Shown here: positions 36,050-48,704 of the stretch, one piece after another
Layout of the letters: every line of letters begins with the position of its first letter
How positions within the stretch are numbered: the stretch's first letter is position 1
Assembly: GCA_038087875.1 (NCBI GenBank)
Contig: CM075977.1
Coordinates: 300,018,001-300,082,000 of the forward strand
Direction of reading: 5' to 3'
Length of the DNA: 64,000 nucleotides
From: Malacoraja senta
Taxonomy: Eukaryota
The notes under the pieces: model-generated
Databases searched by the model: none
What the model was told of the DNA's origin: nothing
The model's input: the letters and a program-made list of their open reading frames with translations, nothing else
Program-made: the position numbers and the translations under genes

Positions 36050-36540
36050 AAGAGGCTGATCATGCACACATCAACTTCGGCCGCACAGACGCCCTTGATC
36101 CACAACAATTTCCTACTGCCGCAACAGGTTCATGGCAGATTCCATCTCCCTGACCTACACTCATCCATGGAACATCTGGATGACAAAGACACCTAATTCA
36201 GAGTAATTATTGACCATAGTTCAGCCTTCAACACCATAATTCCAACCAAATTCCATCTCCGAACTCCAGGTCCTAGGAATCAGCCCTCCCCACTGCAACT
36301 GAAACCTTAAATTCCTAATGTCTAGACCGCAATTATTAAAGATAGGTGACAAAATGCCCTCTGCGATAATTCTCAACAACAGTGCCCTGCAAAGCTGCAT
36401 TCTTAGTCCCTTACTATACTTCCTACACGCTCACAACTGTGTTCCCAAATTCTGCTCTTATTCCATTTACAAGATGACATCACCGTGATGGTCCAGATTG
36501 CAAACAACGATGAGACTGTGTATAGGAAGGGGATAGAGAA
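36050..36540 (+). mobile_element. Rex1/Babar RT fragment
   Basis: Degenerate IDHSSAFNTIIP..PQSCILSPLLYFL motifs. Confidence 0.7.
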
Positions 36541-36699
36541 GAAAAAACTTTTCAACTCATCAAAGATTAAAATGTCAAGGAGAATCAGTAGACTGTTTTT
36601 GGTGATGTTCCGTGTTGGTGCTGAGGATCAGGTTGAGGATCAGGTGTCCTTTTATCTAGTTGTACAGTATTTATAATAATTATTTTCCTAGCCCCAGCA

Positions 36700-37765
36700 A
36701 TGCTCCTTGTGGTGTGCTGTTTGTGGTTTATATCAATTATTTAGATGAGAATGTACAAGGTTTGATTAGCAAGTTTGCAAATGACATGAAATTGGGTGGC
36801 ATCGGTGATAGCAAAGATGGTTATCAGAAATTGCAGCAGGATCTTGATGGGTTTAGACAATAGACAATAGGTGCAGGAGTAGGCCATTCGGCCCTTCGAG
36901 AAAATGTACCGCCATTCACTGATTCACATTCAGTACCCCGTTCCTAATAGACAATAGACAGGTAGGATGTGGAATGGAGTTTAATACAGATATGTGCGAG
37001 GTGTTACATTTTGCGAAGTCAGACTAGAGCAGGACTCACAGTGAATGGAAGGGGCAGTTGAGTGTTGTAGAACAGTGTGATCTAGGGGTGCAGGTACATA
37101 ATTTCTTGAAAGTAGCGTCACAGGTAGATAAGGTGATCAAGAAGACTTTTGCCACATTGGCCTTCATTAGTTAGAATATTGCGTATCGAAGTTAGGAGGT
37201 TGTACAAAGTGTACAAAACATTGATGAGGCCTCATTTAGAGTATTGTGTTCAATTTTGGTCATCTTGTTATAAGAAAGATGTTAAGCTGAAACGGGTGCA
37301 GAGAAGATTTATGAGGATGTTGCCAGGACTTGAGGCCCTGAGCTATAGGGAGAGGTAGAACATGCTAAGACTTTATTCTTTGGGGCACAGAAGGGGATGA
37401 GGGGTAATCTTTTAGAGGTGTATAAGATGATTAGAGGAATAGAAAGGGTAAATCCACAAAGTCTTTAAAGCAGAGTAGGGGAATCAAGAATCGGAGGACG
37501 TAGGTTTAAGGTGAGGGGGGAAAGGTTTAATCAGAACCTGAGGGACAACTTTTTTATATAAGATTGTTGGATATATGGAACTAGCTGCCAAAGGAGGTCG
37601 TTGTGGCAGATACTATCATACCATTTAAAAGACATTTTGTAAGATATATGGGTAGGATAGGCTTAGAAGGTTATGGGCCAAACGCAGGCAGGTGGGACTA
37701 GTGCAGAAGGGACATGTTGGTCACCGTGGGCCATGGGGCCTAATTCCATGCTTTATGACTATAAA
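36700..37765 (+). mobile_element. CR1 LINE 3' portion ending ~120 bp upstream of the CWC27 exon
   Basis: LFVVYINYLDENVQGLISKFANDMKLGG; [17 protein letters not shown]; 3' UTR. Confidence 0.88.
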
Positions 37766-37883
37766 AGTAAAACTTATGAAGTGCAGAAAAAGGTTTTATT
37801 TTAAAGAGCCAAATATAACAGATTTATAATGAACATGATTTCAATTTTTGTATTTTCTAATTACTAATAATTTCTATTCACAG

Positions 37884-37987
37884 ACATTGGCATTGCTTGA
37901 TCGATTCAAATCGAAGCTTACAAAAGCAATCTCAGAAACTCCAGAGGAAGATGTAGTTCAACCAGAAGGGGAAGATGATGAAGGCTG
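37884..37987 (+). CDS. CWC27: CWC27 internal (probably penultimate) coding exon (TLALLDRFKSKLTKAISETPEEDVVQPEGEDDEGW), phase 0 to phase 2
   Basis: tttctattcacAG acceptor at 37882-37883, TG|GTTAGT donor at 37988, 104 nt. The peptide matches recalled vertebrate CWC27 TLALLNQFKSKLTQAIAETPENDIPETEVEDDEGW. Confidence 0.95.
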
Positions 37988-38334
37988 GTTAGTTCTGTTA
38001 ACAAGCACCCTGCATATCATTATACAATAGTTTAAGAAGTAATCTCCAACCTTGTGTTATTTGTTTTTAAACAAACAGAGCTCACTATTTGGTGAGGTAT
38101 CTTAGTTCTGCAAACACTGCCCCAGAAATTAGTTTGTACCAAAAAGGAAATCAAATCGTTGATTTGATTTGACTAGATCATGGTGATGTTACTGCATGAG
38201 GATTTTACAGCAATTCCACAAAGCACAAAATACCACTTTGTCATAGTAAAGGATGGCGAGCAGTGAAATTAAAAAGCAAGAAATAGATAAAGAACAGGTG
38301 CTTCAAAGTTTGGTATTATTCAAAGTAAACCAGT

Positions 38335-38540
38335 CAATAGACAATAGGTGCAGGAGGAGGCCATTCGGCCCTTCGAGCCAGCACCGCCATTCAATGTGAT
38401 CATGGCTGATCATCCCCAATCAGTACCCCGTTCCTGCCTTCTCCCCATATCCCCTGACTCTGCTCTCTTTAAGAGCCCTATATAGCTCTCTCTTGAAAGC
38501 ATCCAGAGAACCTGCCTCCACTGCCCTCTGAGGCATAGGA
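38335..38540 (-). mobile_element. Young CR1 3' tail
   Basis: caatagacaataggtgcaggaggaggccattcggccc.. matches 2820-3000. Confidence 0.85.
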
Positions 38541-39149
38541 TGCATCCTAGATTGCTGAGGGAAGTAAAGGTGGAAATAGCAGAGACTTTTGCCAGAATCT
38601 ACCATCCTGTCAAGCAGTTTAAGAAGTAATACCTCAATGGACCTGGTGATTAATTACAGAGATGTTTATAGCATCTCCTTTTTTAATTTCTGACCCATTT
38701 AGTATCTTAGTTATGTTCATAAGCATGAATATTTTCAATGATTTGTGAAGTCATGAACTTTGTACAGCCTAATTCAGCTCCTTTCTCTTCTATACATACA
38801 CTTTTTGCTGTAGTGGGCTGCTTCTGCATTTTTTTAAATCAATTTCTGCCAAGATTTACATTGTAATTCCTATCAAGTGACAAACACATCTCCTGCTGCA
38901 GTAATATTCTCTGCCAAGGATTTATTTGCATAGCTTTGGAAATAGTGTGAATCCTTGTATGGAATTTGATCTACAGAGCCTCTAGATTGATCTTTTATAC
39001 CTCACTTGCAATCTGTAATTTTCAGCATCATGTTTGATATACGTTAACTTACATTTTTCCAATTAAGATCTTTAAAATATCCCAGCGTCATTGGTTTCCA
39101 TGCACATTTGAGTGAATAGATATTGCTTGTACGTTATCTTCAATACCAT

Positions 39150-40860
39150 AGGACCCAAGCACTGTTGTACCACCATCAGGAACACCTAGCACTCCATTCC
39201 ATGCCCACACTTTGGAAGTGTGACCACCTGCCTATGCTTCTACTTCCTGCCTATAAACAGAGACTGAAAATTGCAGCACCAGGAAAGAGGACTAAGAAGT
39301 GCTGATCAGAGGAGCATTTGTGAGACTTCTTTGAATCAGTGGACTGGGCCATGTCGTAGGATTTATCAGCGGACCTGAATGGATATGCCACATCCTCACC
39401 AACTTCATAAAGAAATGCGTGGTCAAGTGTGTACCTACAAAAACAATCCGCGTTTTCCTCAAACAGAAGCCCTGGATGAACCAGGAGACGCAAATTCTGC
39501 TGAGGACTAGCCTCTGATGTTTAAGATTGGCAATCCACTATCATGCAAGTCCAGCTGTGACTTTTTGAAGCCTCCAAGAACGGAAAGAGACATTTCCAGG
39601 CTAAGCTGGAGTCACAGATGGGCAATCGACAGATGTGATGGGGCTTGCATATTAGCACTTCTGAACAAGCCAAAACTGGGTAGCATAGGTGGCAACAGTG
39701 CATCACTTCCTGATGAGATTGCCTTTTATGTAAGTTTTGAAAAGGAGAACAACGACAAACCTACACAAGCCTCCACACCCCATGACAAGTCTATAATCTC
39801 AGTCTTTGAGTCAACATCAGAGCATCCTTCAAGAGGGTGAATCTACACAAGGTGTGCAGCCCAGGTAGCGTATCTGGCCATGCACTAAAGACCTGAGTGG
39901 ACCAACTAGCCAGAATATTCAAGGACATCTTCAACTTCTCACTTCTGCGCACTGAGGTTCCCACCTGCTTCAAAAGGGCTTACATCGTAACAATGTCCAA
40001 GAGGAGCATGGTAACTTGCCTCAGTAACTACAATCCGATAACATCCACAGTAATTAAGTTATTCAAGAGGTTTTTATTTACGATACGAGTCGACTATTAA
40101 TTTAGAAATGACCAGTATCCATTTCAATTTGCCTATTGTCACAGCAGATCAACTGCAGATGCTATCTGACTGGTTCTCCACCCTGCTCTGGAATTACAGG
40201 AACACATACATTGGATTGCTGTTCATTGACTACAGCTTGCCATCAAACTTTCATCCCTTCCAAACTGTTCAGCAAACTCTTGGGCCTCAGTAACTTCCTT
40301 TGCAACCGAAACCTTGACTTCCTCATAGACAGACTTCAGTTAGTGAATCAGTAACATAATTTCCTTCTTACAGACACAGATGCATTCCTTCTTCCATTAA
40401 CATAGCTGCATCACAAGGCTGTATACTTGCAGTAACTGCATGCTCTACAGTCTTTACATCCATGACTCTCTAGCTAAGCACTGCTCCAATGCCATGTATA
40501 CATTTGCTGATGACATCACAGTTGTGGGCAGAATCACGGTGCTGATGCCAGCGTGCAGGAGAGAGATAGAACTCCTGGGTGACTGGTGCCATAACAACCT
40601 CTCGCTGAATGTAAAAAAACAAGGAATTAGTCTTTGACTTTCTAAAGGGGAAGTCGGTAGTCCATGCCCCAGTTTTCACTGGTGGGTCAGCAGAGAGTTA
40701 GCAGCTTCACGTTCCTGTGCGTTACATCTCAGATGACCTGTCCTGGGCTAGGACGTAGATGCAATCATGAAGAAGTTACACCAGCGGATCTACATTCTTA
40801 GAAGTTTGAAGAAATTTGGCATGCCAATGAATACTTCAACAAACTTCTACAAATGCCCTG
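39150..40860 (+). mobile_element. Decayed Rex1/Babar LINE ORF
   Basis: DHLPMLLLPAYKQRLK, QKPWMN, DIFNFSLLRTEVPTCFK, LLFIDYS, YTFADDITVVG motifs across frameshifts. Confidence 0.85.
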
Positions 40861-42529
40861 TTTTTAAAAAGAAAGGTCATTCAGTCCATTGAGTCTATGC
40901 TAACTCAAGTATTCTCGTTAGTCCCACTCCCATGTTTAATTCTCTATTCTCTCTCTCTCTCTCTCTCTTATGCCCTTCAATTCTTTCCGATTCGTCTCTA
41001 TCAGCAATTTACAGTAGCCAATGAAACTATCAGCACATCTTTGGGATTTGGGTAGAAACCCACACAGTCACAAAGAGGATGGAGAAATTCAACTGAGGCA
41101 GCATCTGTGCCCAGAATTGAAATTAGATTACTAGAGCTGCAAGGGATCAGTTAATGCTGCAATTTTTCTTTTTGTTACTACTAAGTAACGGTATTAAACT
41201 TAAAATAAATACATAGATTCTTTATTTACTTGCTTCTGTATTATGTATGATTTGTGGTATGAAATTTGATGTATTATGTAAGATTTTGCATTCTGTGATG
41301 TAGCCAGCAGGAAGCAATCTTGTCCTGTTAACAACTGGAAATGTGACCTAATTTAAATGTAAATATTCTGGAATTAGAGTATGTTAGAAGCAATTGTCAA
41401 ACCAATCCTTTAAGTTAGTGTCTCAATTAAGTTTACATTTGAATATGTCATTAATGCCTTCTGCGTGTTCTCCATTTACCTCCAATGATCCTCCCTCTAA
41501 TTCCCTTTATCCCCTCTCAAACCACAACATTAGGATTTAACTGGCAGATAATGCACACTCATTTTTATAAATGTTCACATCTTTTATATATTTGTTGTAC
41601 TGAGCTTGTTAATTTTTAAAGTACTGGTGTAGATATTTTGATTTTTTTTGTACAATATATATGAGGTTAGTACAAATACATAGGAGAAGGAACCCAGAAG
41701 AGCTGAAGTCTAGACAAACAGCTGTGTGGTCTGCCATACGTTTACAGAGTAAATAATTTTGTTTAATCTTGTGATCCAACTACTTTCATTCATGATTATT
41801 ATGTAAGTCTTAATGTCAGATTTAGTTGAAAAATCTTGGTTCAAATATTTGAAAAACATTTTAGACATTTTATTTGTTTGCTTTCTACAAGTTGCTTCAT
41901 TTGTTTTATACCTGCAAGATGGAACATAAATGACTTCATATATATTTAGATACTTTTTGTGCCAATGAAGTATTATAGCTGTTGTATGATCATTATAGCC
42001 TAATTCCAGTTTATTTTGCATTGAAACACAAGGGTAATAATGTTAACTGTAAAAGTCATGTGGCAATTGAAAAAAAAAAGAGGTCTGATTGGAAATGCTT
42101 TCCTGAAGTATTTCAATATTTTGAACATTTTGAGCATTCAATTAAGTAGAATATTGACTTCATTTTCATAAGTTGATATTCATAAAAATGTGCCTTCTGC
42201 AATATTGGAAAATGTTTGGTGATGTTTCATTCCTTCAGTTTTGAAATGTTTGTTTCAGCTCTCATTTAATGTCACAGTGACATGCAGTTTGGTTAGACGA
42301 AGGGAGCCAAGAAATATCACTGGAACGAGTGACGACTTCTGCAATGTATTTTTTTCATTTAACTCATTCTCCTTGACATCTTTTTCAACACCAAAATCAG
42401 TCACAAATGTCTGCTTTTGCATTTCTTTTTTTGCAGGAAGAAGGTGGTGGTGAGCTCCTTTTCTGAATTGTTGCAATTCGCCAACAATTAGATTCATGAA
42501 CTTGACACATATCTGTCCAAAGTATTGTT

Positions 42530-45500
42530 GGGTGGGCGCAAAGAACAAACTGCTGGTGGGATTCACCGGGTCAGGCAGCATCTGTGGTGGGAAATAAATT
42601 GATAACATTTTAATTCGGGACTAGTCTTCAAGACTGGAGTAAAGGAGAGATAGCTGCTAGAAAGAGTTCATGTGATAGGAGCAGAATTAGGCCATTTGGT
42701 CCACCAAGTCTACTCCACCATTCAATCATGACTGATCTATCTCTTCTTCCTAACCCCATTCTCTTGCCTTCTCGCCATAACCCCTGACACCCGTATTAAT
42801 CAAGAATCTATCTCTGCCTTAAAAATATCCATTGACTTGGCTTCCACAACCTTCTGTGGCATTGAATTCCACAGATTCACCACCCTCAAATTCCTCCTCA
42901 TCTCCTTCCTTAAGGAACGTCCTTTCATTCTGAGGCTATGAACACTGGTCCTCGACTCTCCCATTACTGGAAACATCCATAAATTGAAATTCAACATTCA
43001 TGCCGTTGGATTGTAGGCTACCCGCGAGGTGCTATTATTCAAATTTGGGTATGGCCTCACTCAGGTAGTGGACGAGGCCAAGGACAGACAGATGGAAATG
43101 AATATTGGGAATTGGAAAGGATGTTAGTTGGTGGAATCATTGTCAAGGTGTAGGCAGGAGAAAGTATGCAAGAACAGACACCAGGTGACTGTCTCCCAAA
43201 CCATCGCAGATCTCATCACTTCCGGCTATCTCCCCCTCTGCAGCCTCATACCTCAACTCTAACTACTCCCCCTACGTCCATCATCACATGCCTTTCATCA
43301 CTAACAATTCCTCAACCCCACACTGCCTTTTCTTTACCATGGACATCCAGTCTCTTTACAGTTACATTCCCCATCCGGGCCCTCTGTTTCTTCCTGGTAC
43401 AGAGACCCAACCAATTCCCGTCAACTGACACTCCCCTTTGCCTAATGGAACTTGTTGATTCCACTCATTTTCCTCAAATCAAAGATATAGCCATGGACTC
43501 TTGCATGGGTCCCAGCTATATCTGTTTTTTTTCATTGGCCAAGTTCAACATTCTGTTCCAAACATATCCCGACACTATTCCCCAACTCTTTCTCTGTTAC
43601 ACTGGGCTGACTCCTGCATGTGTGCAGAATTCTCATTTTCATCAACTTCATCACCAACTTCTATGTTACCCCACTTTTGCATCCTACACACTAGGAACAA
43701 TTGATAGCAGACAATTAATCTACAAATCTGCACTTCTTTGGAATGTGGGAGGTATCCGGAGCACCCGGAGAAAACTCAAGTGGACACGAAGAACGTACAA
43801 TCTCTGCACAGCCTGCACCCACAGTCTGGTGCTATGAGGCAGTGGTTCTCCACTGTGCCATTCTATTCCACTTGAGTAGCCTACAAGCTAATGGTGTGAA
43901 CATTGAATTACCCAATTTCAGATTTCACCCCCCCCCCCCCCCCCCGCTTTCAACCTCTCTTATGATCTACCTTGGTCCATTCACACATTTCTCCCTTTGG
44001 TTCTACATTTTACTCCTCACCTTTCCCATCAGATTCCACCATTTGCATCCCTGTGGTTTCATCATTTATCATTTCCAGCCTTTGTGACTATCTCTACCAG
44101 GCACGTGCCGTGAGTAATTACTCAGGGTAGGCAGTCAGTCGGCTTTAAAAAAAAATTAAACCGAGCATGCGCAGATTGCTCTCTCCGTAAAAATAAAAAA
44201 ATTAAAATAAAAACAGTAACAATTCAATTTGCCCAAGGCTTCCTAGTCTCCTTTATTCTGAATTACTGAAAGGGTGGGGGTGAAGGGTGATGGCAGGTGG
44301 AGAGATGGTGGGAAAAACGGGAGCACAGGGAAAAGTTGAATCAGTTGTCATCTAATTGAATAACACTTGTTCAAGGGACCAATTGGGGGGAGAGTTCCTT
44401 TCACAGCGTGTGGTGGGTCTGGCCAAGGGTAAAGTTGCGGGGAGGGCAGGAGTGTTGAGAAGGAGGGGGTCGGGGATGATGCCAGTACCTCACTCACTCA
44501 CCGCTGCTGCGGCGCTCCGACGCGGAGCCACCGCATTGTAGCCGGGGATAGAAGCAGCTCGGGGAGCTGCGAGCGGCCGCCGGGACCCGACAGCAGAACT
44601 GGCCGCCACTTCAGCGCCTTCGCTCATGTCAGCCGCTTCCCGCAAATCCTTAAATTCCCACAGCCGAGTAACCTCAATCGCGCTGTTGGAATTTAAGGAT
44701 TTGCGAGAAGCGGCTGACATGAGTGAGGCCAGCGAGCGTCAGGAGAAAGGTTTTTAGACGGAGAGGTGCCAGAGGTGAGCGGGGGCCGGCAGAAGGCGCA
44801 GAGGTGGCGGCCGGTTCCGCTGTCCGGCCCAGCGGCCGCTCGCAGCCACCCGAGCTGCTTCTCCCCCCCCCCCCCGTCCTCAATGCAGTGGCTCCATGCA
44901 AGGAGCGTCGCAAGTGGCATGATCCCGACCCCCTCCTTCACAACATTCGTGCCCTCCCCGCAACTTTACCCCGGGCCAGATTCCCCAAACGCTGTGAAAG
45001 GAGCTCTCCCCCCACCCCCACACCCCGGGAAATACAGTATTTAAAAACATAAAGCACCAAGAAATGTACTTACCACATTATCGGTATACAAACTCCATTC
45101 TTCTCTCTTTGTTTCCTAAGATACACTTAAAATAATGGCAATCCATATTTGAAAACCCCGCCAAGAAACTAGCGCTGCGCATGCACAGTAGGCTGCTGCG
45201 CCTGCGCAGTGCTGCAAAGGCAGAATTTCAGCTGCCTTCAGCCCCACTTGAAATTGACAGCTTGAAGCAGCGCTGACGGCACTTCAGCTGCACAGACCTT
45301 CAAGGGTTACATGTACTGCGGATGAAAGGCACGGAGAATTATGCCTACCTGAGAGATCGATCTCTTAGTTAGGCATAATTCTCCCATGCCTTTACTATTT
45401 ATATTTAGTAATTACCATGTTATAATTTTAGTCAGGGTAGGCAGTGCCTACCTTGCCTACCCTGAGGGCACGTGCCTGATCTCTACCCTTTCACCCACTG

Positions 45501-45750
45501 GACACATCTACCAATCAACCCTTCCTTGTCTGAATCCACCTATCATTTGCAGCTCCTGGCCCCATCTCTTACCCTCACCTCTTTCTACCTTCCTCCCCTT
45601 CTTCCTATACTTCTGCCTCTCTTGTACAGCCTTGAAGAAAGGTCCTGACCCAAAACATCACCTGACAATTCCTCTCCACAGATGTTGCCTGACCTGCTGA
45701 GTTCAGCCAGCAGTTTGTTCTTTTCTTGGGATTCCAGCACCTGCAGTCTT
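42530..45750. mobile_element. Degraded Penelope-like locus (inverted 3' end + RT + 3' end) interrupted by a CR1 tail (42665-42980), a SINE (43670-43860) and a hAT element
   Basis: ORF 43166-43837 has PLE RT-like pieces (ALCFFLVQRPNQFPST..IAMDSCMGPSYIC); terminal repeats at 42540-42635 (-) and 45630-45750 (+). Confidence 0.65.
44098..45478. mobile_element. Non-autonomous hAT element with 8-bp TSD
   Basis: ATCTCTAC at 44090-44097 and 45479-45486; TIR CAGGCACGTGCC / GGCACGTGCCTG; subterminal cagggtaggca repeats. Confidence 0.92.
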
Positions 45751-48129
45751 TTGTGCCATCATATTGTTGGGTGGGTGCAGCTTTGGATCAGAATAGAGGT
45801 GATAGTGTTCCTACGATCTGGCTTCTCTTGTACCACTTGGCAAAAGGGAACATGGAACAGGTATGCAAATTACTGACGTGCATCCTTAAGCTTATACAGA
45901 CTGCAGTCAGTGTGGACTAGGGAAGATATTGTCCATTTAGTAGGGTTGCTGATCACTTGGGCTGTTCTTTTCTGGATGATGTTGTGTATCTATAGTGTGT
46001 GAGCAACCAGAGAAATCATGAATATTCCCTCACTTTCTTGATTTTAACCAAGGGGTAATGGAGTTGGTTTGACGGGTGGGGGAGGGGGGGGAATAGTTTT
46101 GAACAGTCACCTTGAGTTATGAGCTATTCAGCCATTGTTTTGTTATGGTTAATTCAACCTTTTGACAATCAGTAAGAAATAGCTAATCTTTTTAATATGG
46201 TCATTATGTAACGCTTACCTGATTAAATTAATATGTGGATGTGGTCCAAATACTTCGATAAATTGGAATTAATACCACATGAGTTCTGAATAAAGCCAAA
46301 TGCTGTAGAATACAAGCAAACATTCCCTCCCTGCACATTGTAATGAACAGTATCCCCGTGTGATAGAATATGTGACATGCTGTCACATCACCATTGAATG
46401 GAATAGGTTGGATGGGACAGTATACTATAGCTGTTGACCAATTCTCATATCATTCTGTGGGATACCTGGTGCTAACCTTAACATGCCATGTGGACCAGGG
46501 GTTGGTCTCCCAGCTTAGTGTTGATAAAGGAACAAAGTTGTCAATAATGCTTTATTTGTCATATATGCAACTGCACAGTTAAATCGACTTTCCATATATT
46601 ACACATGCGGGAGCTGCCATTGTATACAGTACCAAGAAATTATAGGTTGAGACAGAATATAATTCTGCTGCTGATAAAACCCAACAGGAGCCAATGGTTG
46701 GTCAGTTTAGCATACCTAGCTTTCACCGCAGAATTTCTTAATGGGAGGTATCCCAATTATGAAAATAAGGTTGAGGTCTTACCTGTTCTGTCTCTCATCT
46801 TCCATAAACTCTATAGGGTACTTGCAGAAATCCTGGGTAAATGGCATAAATTGTCTGAATGCCATTTTACCAGTTTTTTCTCAGCTATTGCACCATCCTT
46901 GTGGCAGATATCAGGAGAGCTCGTGCAATTTTTTGACCTGGTCTTCATAATGGCTTCACAATAATCTCTGCTGATGTATTTGCTGGGGAGAAAGGAATGC
47001 AGGAGGCACATTGGTGAGAACAAGTTCAAGTAAGCAGTTCCCTTAAGTTTAATACTTCATTAGGTCATTCATGCTCACTATGCCAACAATGGTCCCTCTA
47101 GAGACTGTCAATGCTTCCCAAAACACTTCCTTCAAGTGATGGAGAATTGCTGATTCTCAATTGGGAGTAGTAGGTGGTAACATCGATGGCTTCTTAGTCC
47201 TGAAGCCGAGGCTTGATAATATTGATGTCACAGTTGTACACTTAGAGCCTTTATGAACATCCAGCTTAAAACATTTTTGTGGTGGCTCTGGGGGTCTGTC
47301 CTGCTGATGATGGACATTGACTGCCTTGGCTGATTGACTTTAAGGTTGCTTTTATTTTACTAATTCATTGAAGCAGCCCTATAAGCTTGCACAAGAAACT
47401 GGTGAGGAGGTTCACAAGATTGACCAGATGAGAATTTCTTGAGCCTTACCCAGATTCAGTGGCTGGTTAATTGACAATAGGTGCATCTTGTATTTATTTT
47501 ACTATTGAGTTTGATAGCAGTGGGTTAAAGCTTATTTGTGTGCTGGACCACTGCAGAGGGAATTAAAAGTGGACCATACTGCATAAGGCTGAAGCCATCC
47601 GTATACCACATTAAGTGTAGGTGTAGATTTTTTTTTTGGAAAAACTTGTCAGGTTTTTTCTTTGTGTGTAAGAAGGAACTGCAGATGCTAGTTTAAACTG
47701 AAGGTAGGCACAAAAAAATTGTTGTAACTCAACATTTCAGCCAACATCCCTGGAGAAAAGGAATAGGTGAGGTTTCGGTTCGAGAAGGGTCTCGACCCAA
47801 AACGTCACCTATTCCTTCTCTCCAGAGATGCTATCTGACCTGCTGAGTTACTCCAGCTTTTTGTGTCTATCCCAGGTTTTTTCTTTGATTATTAAAAGAC
47901 ATAGTATCAAATTTAATTTATGAAATACATGTATTCATCTAATCTGAAAAAATATTTAATTGTTCAGGAGCTAGAGTTTGATTTGTATTCATGTATCATC
48001 AATTCATGGTTAATTAAATAAACTAAATAATTGTAAGCTAGCAATAATTTGTAAGAATGAAAAGTCAGGAGATATAGTTGGCCAGATATTAAAAATGATT
48101 CACAAAGAAATATAATATTAAAATGCTTC

Positions 48130-48450
48130 ATAAAAAGTGCAGGAAAGATTTATGACGATGTTGCCAGAACTTGAGGGCCAGAGCTTAGGCTGAGGTAAGG
48201 GAGGCTAGGACTTTAATCCAAGGAGTGCAGGAGGATAAGGAATGATCTTATAGAGGTATATAAGATCATGAGGGGACTAGATAGGGTAAAAGTACAGACT
48301 CTTGTATCCAGAGTAGGGAAACAAGAACTGGGGAACATAGGTTTAAGGTGAGAGGGGAAAGATTTAATAGGAACCTTAGGGGCAACCTTTTCACACAGGG
48401 GATGCTGGGTATATGGAATAATCTGCCAGAGGAGGTAGTTGAAGGTTTGG
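48130..48450 (+). mobile_element. CR1 3' ORF fragment
   Basis: gatcttatagaggtatataagatcatgagg..ggtttaaggtgagaggggaaagatttaatagg. Confidence 0.8.
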
Positions 48451-48704
48451 TTGCTCTACTTATGAAAAGATAGAAACGGTAATTGAAACAATTCCAGCTT
48501 TCAAGCCATTGAACATTTTGATGTAAAGATGACGAAGTAAGATCTCTGCTTAGCAACAAAAAATGAACTTACAAAGTTGTTGGCTTGTCAGCCCTGGTCT
48601 TTTCCTATTCAATGTAACAACATTAATTTCTGACGTCTTAATTTTTGATAAACTGGTAAAAGGTCTTTATAGCTCTTGTTTTAGAAAACTTTGTATCACA
48701 AAGA

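Noticed and set aside
42255-42608. Minus-strand 117-aa ORF as an exon of an antisense gene
   Set aside because: It starts in a Penelope repeat, shows no recognisable domain, and has no convincing splice boundaries.
46450-47100. Ancient LINE (RTE/I-like) remnant or host exon in ORF 46605-46964
   Set aside because: Only faint motif resemblance (KPNRSQWLVSLAYLA); too degraded to call without an HMM search.
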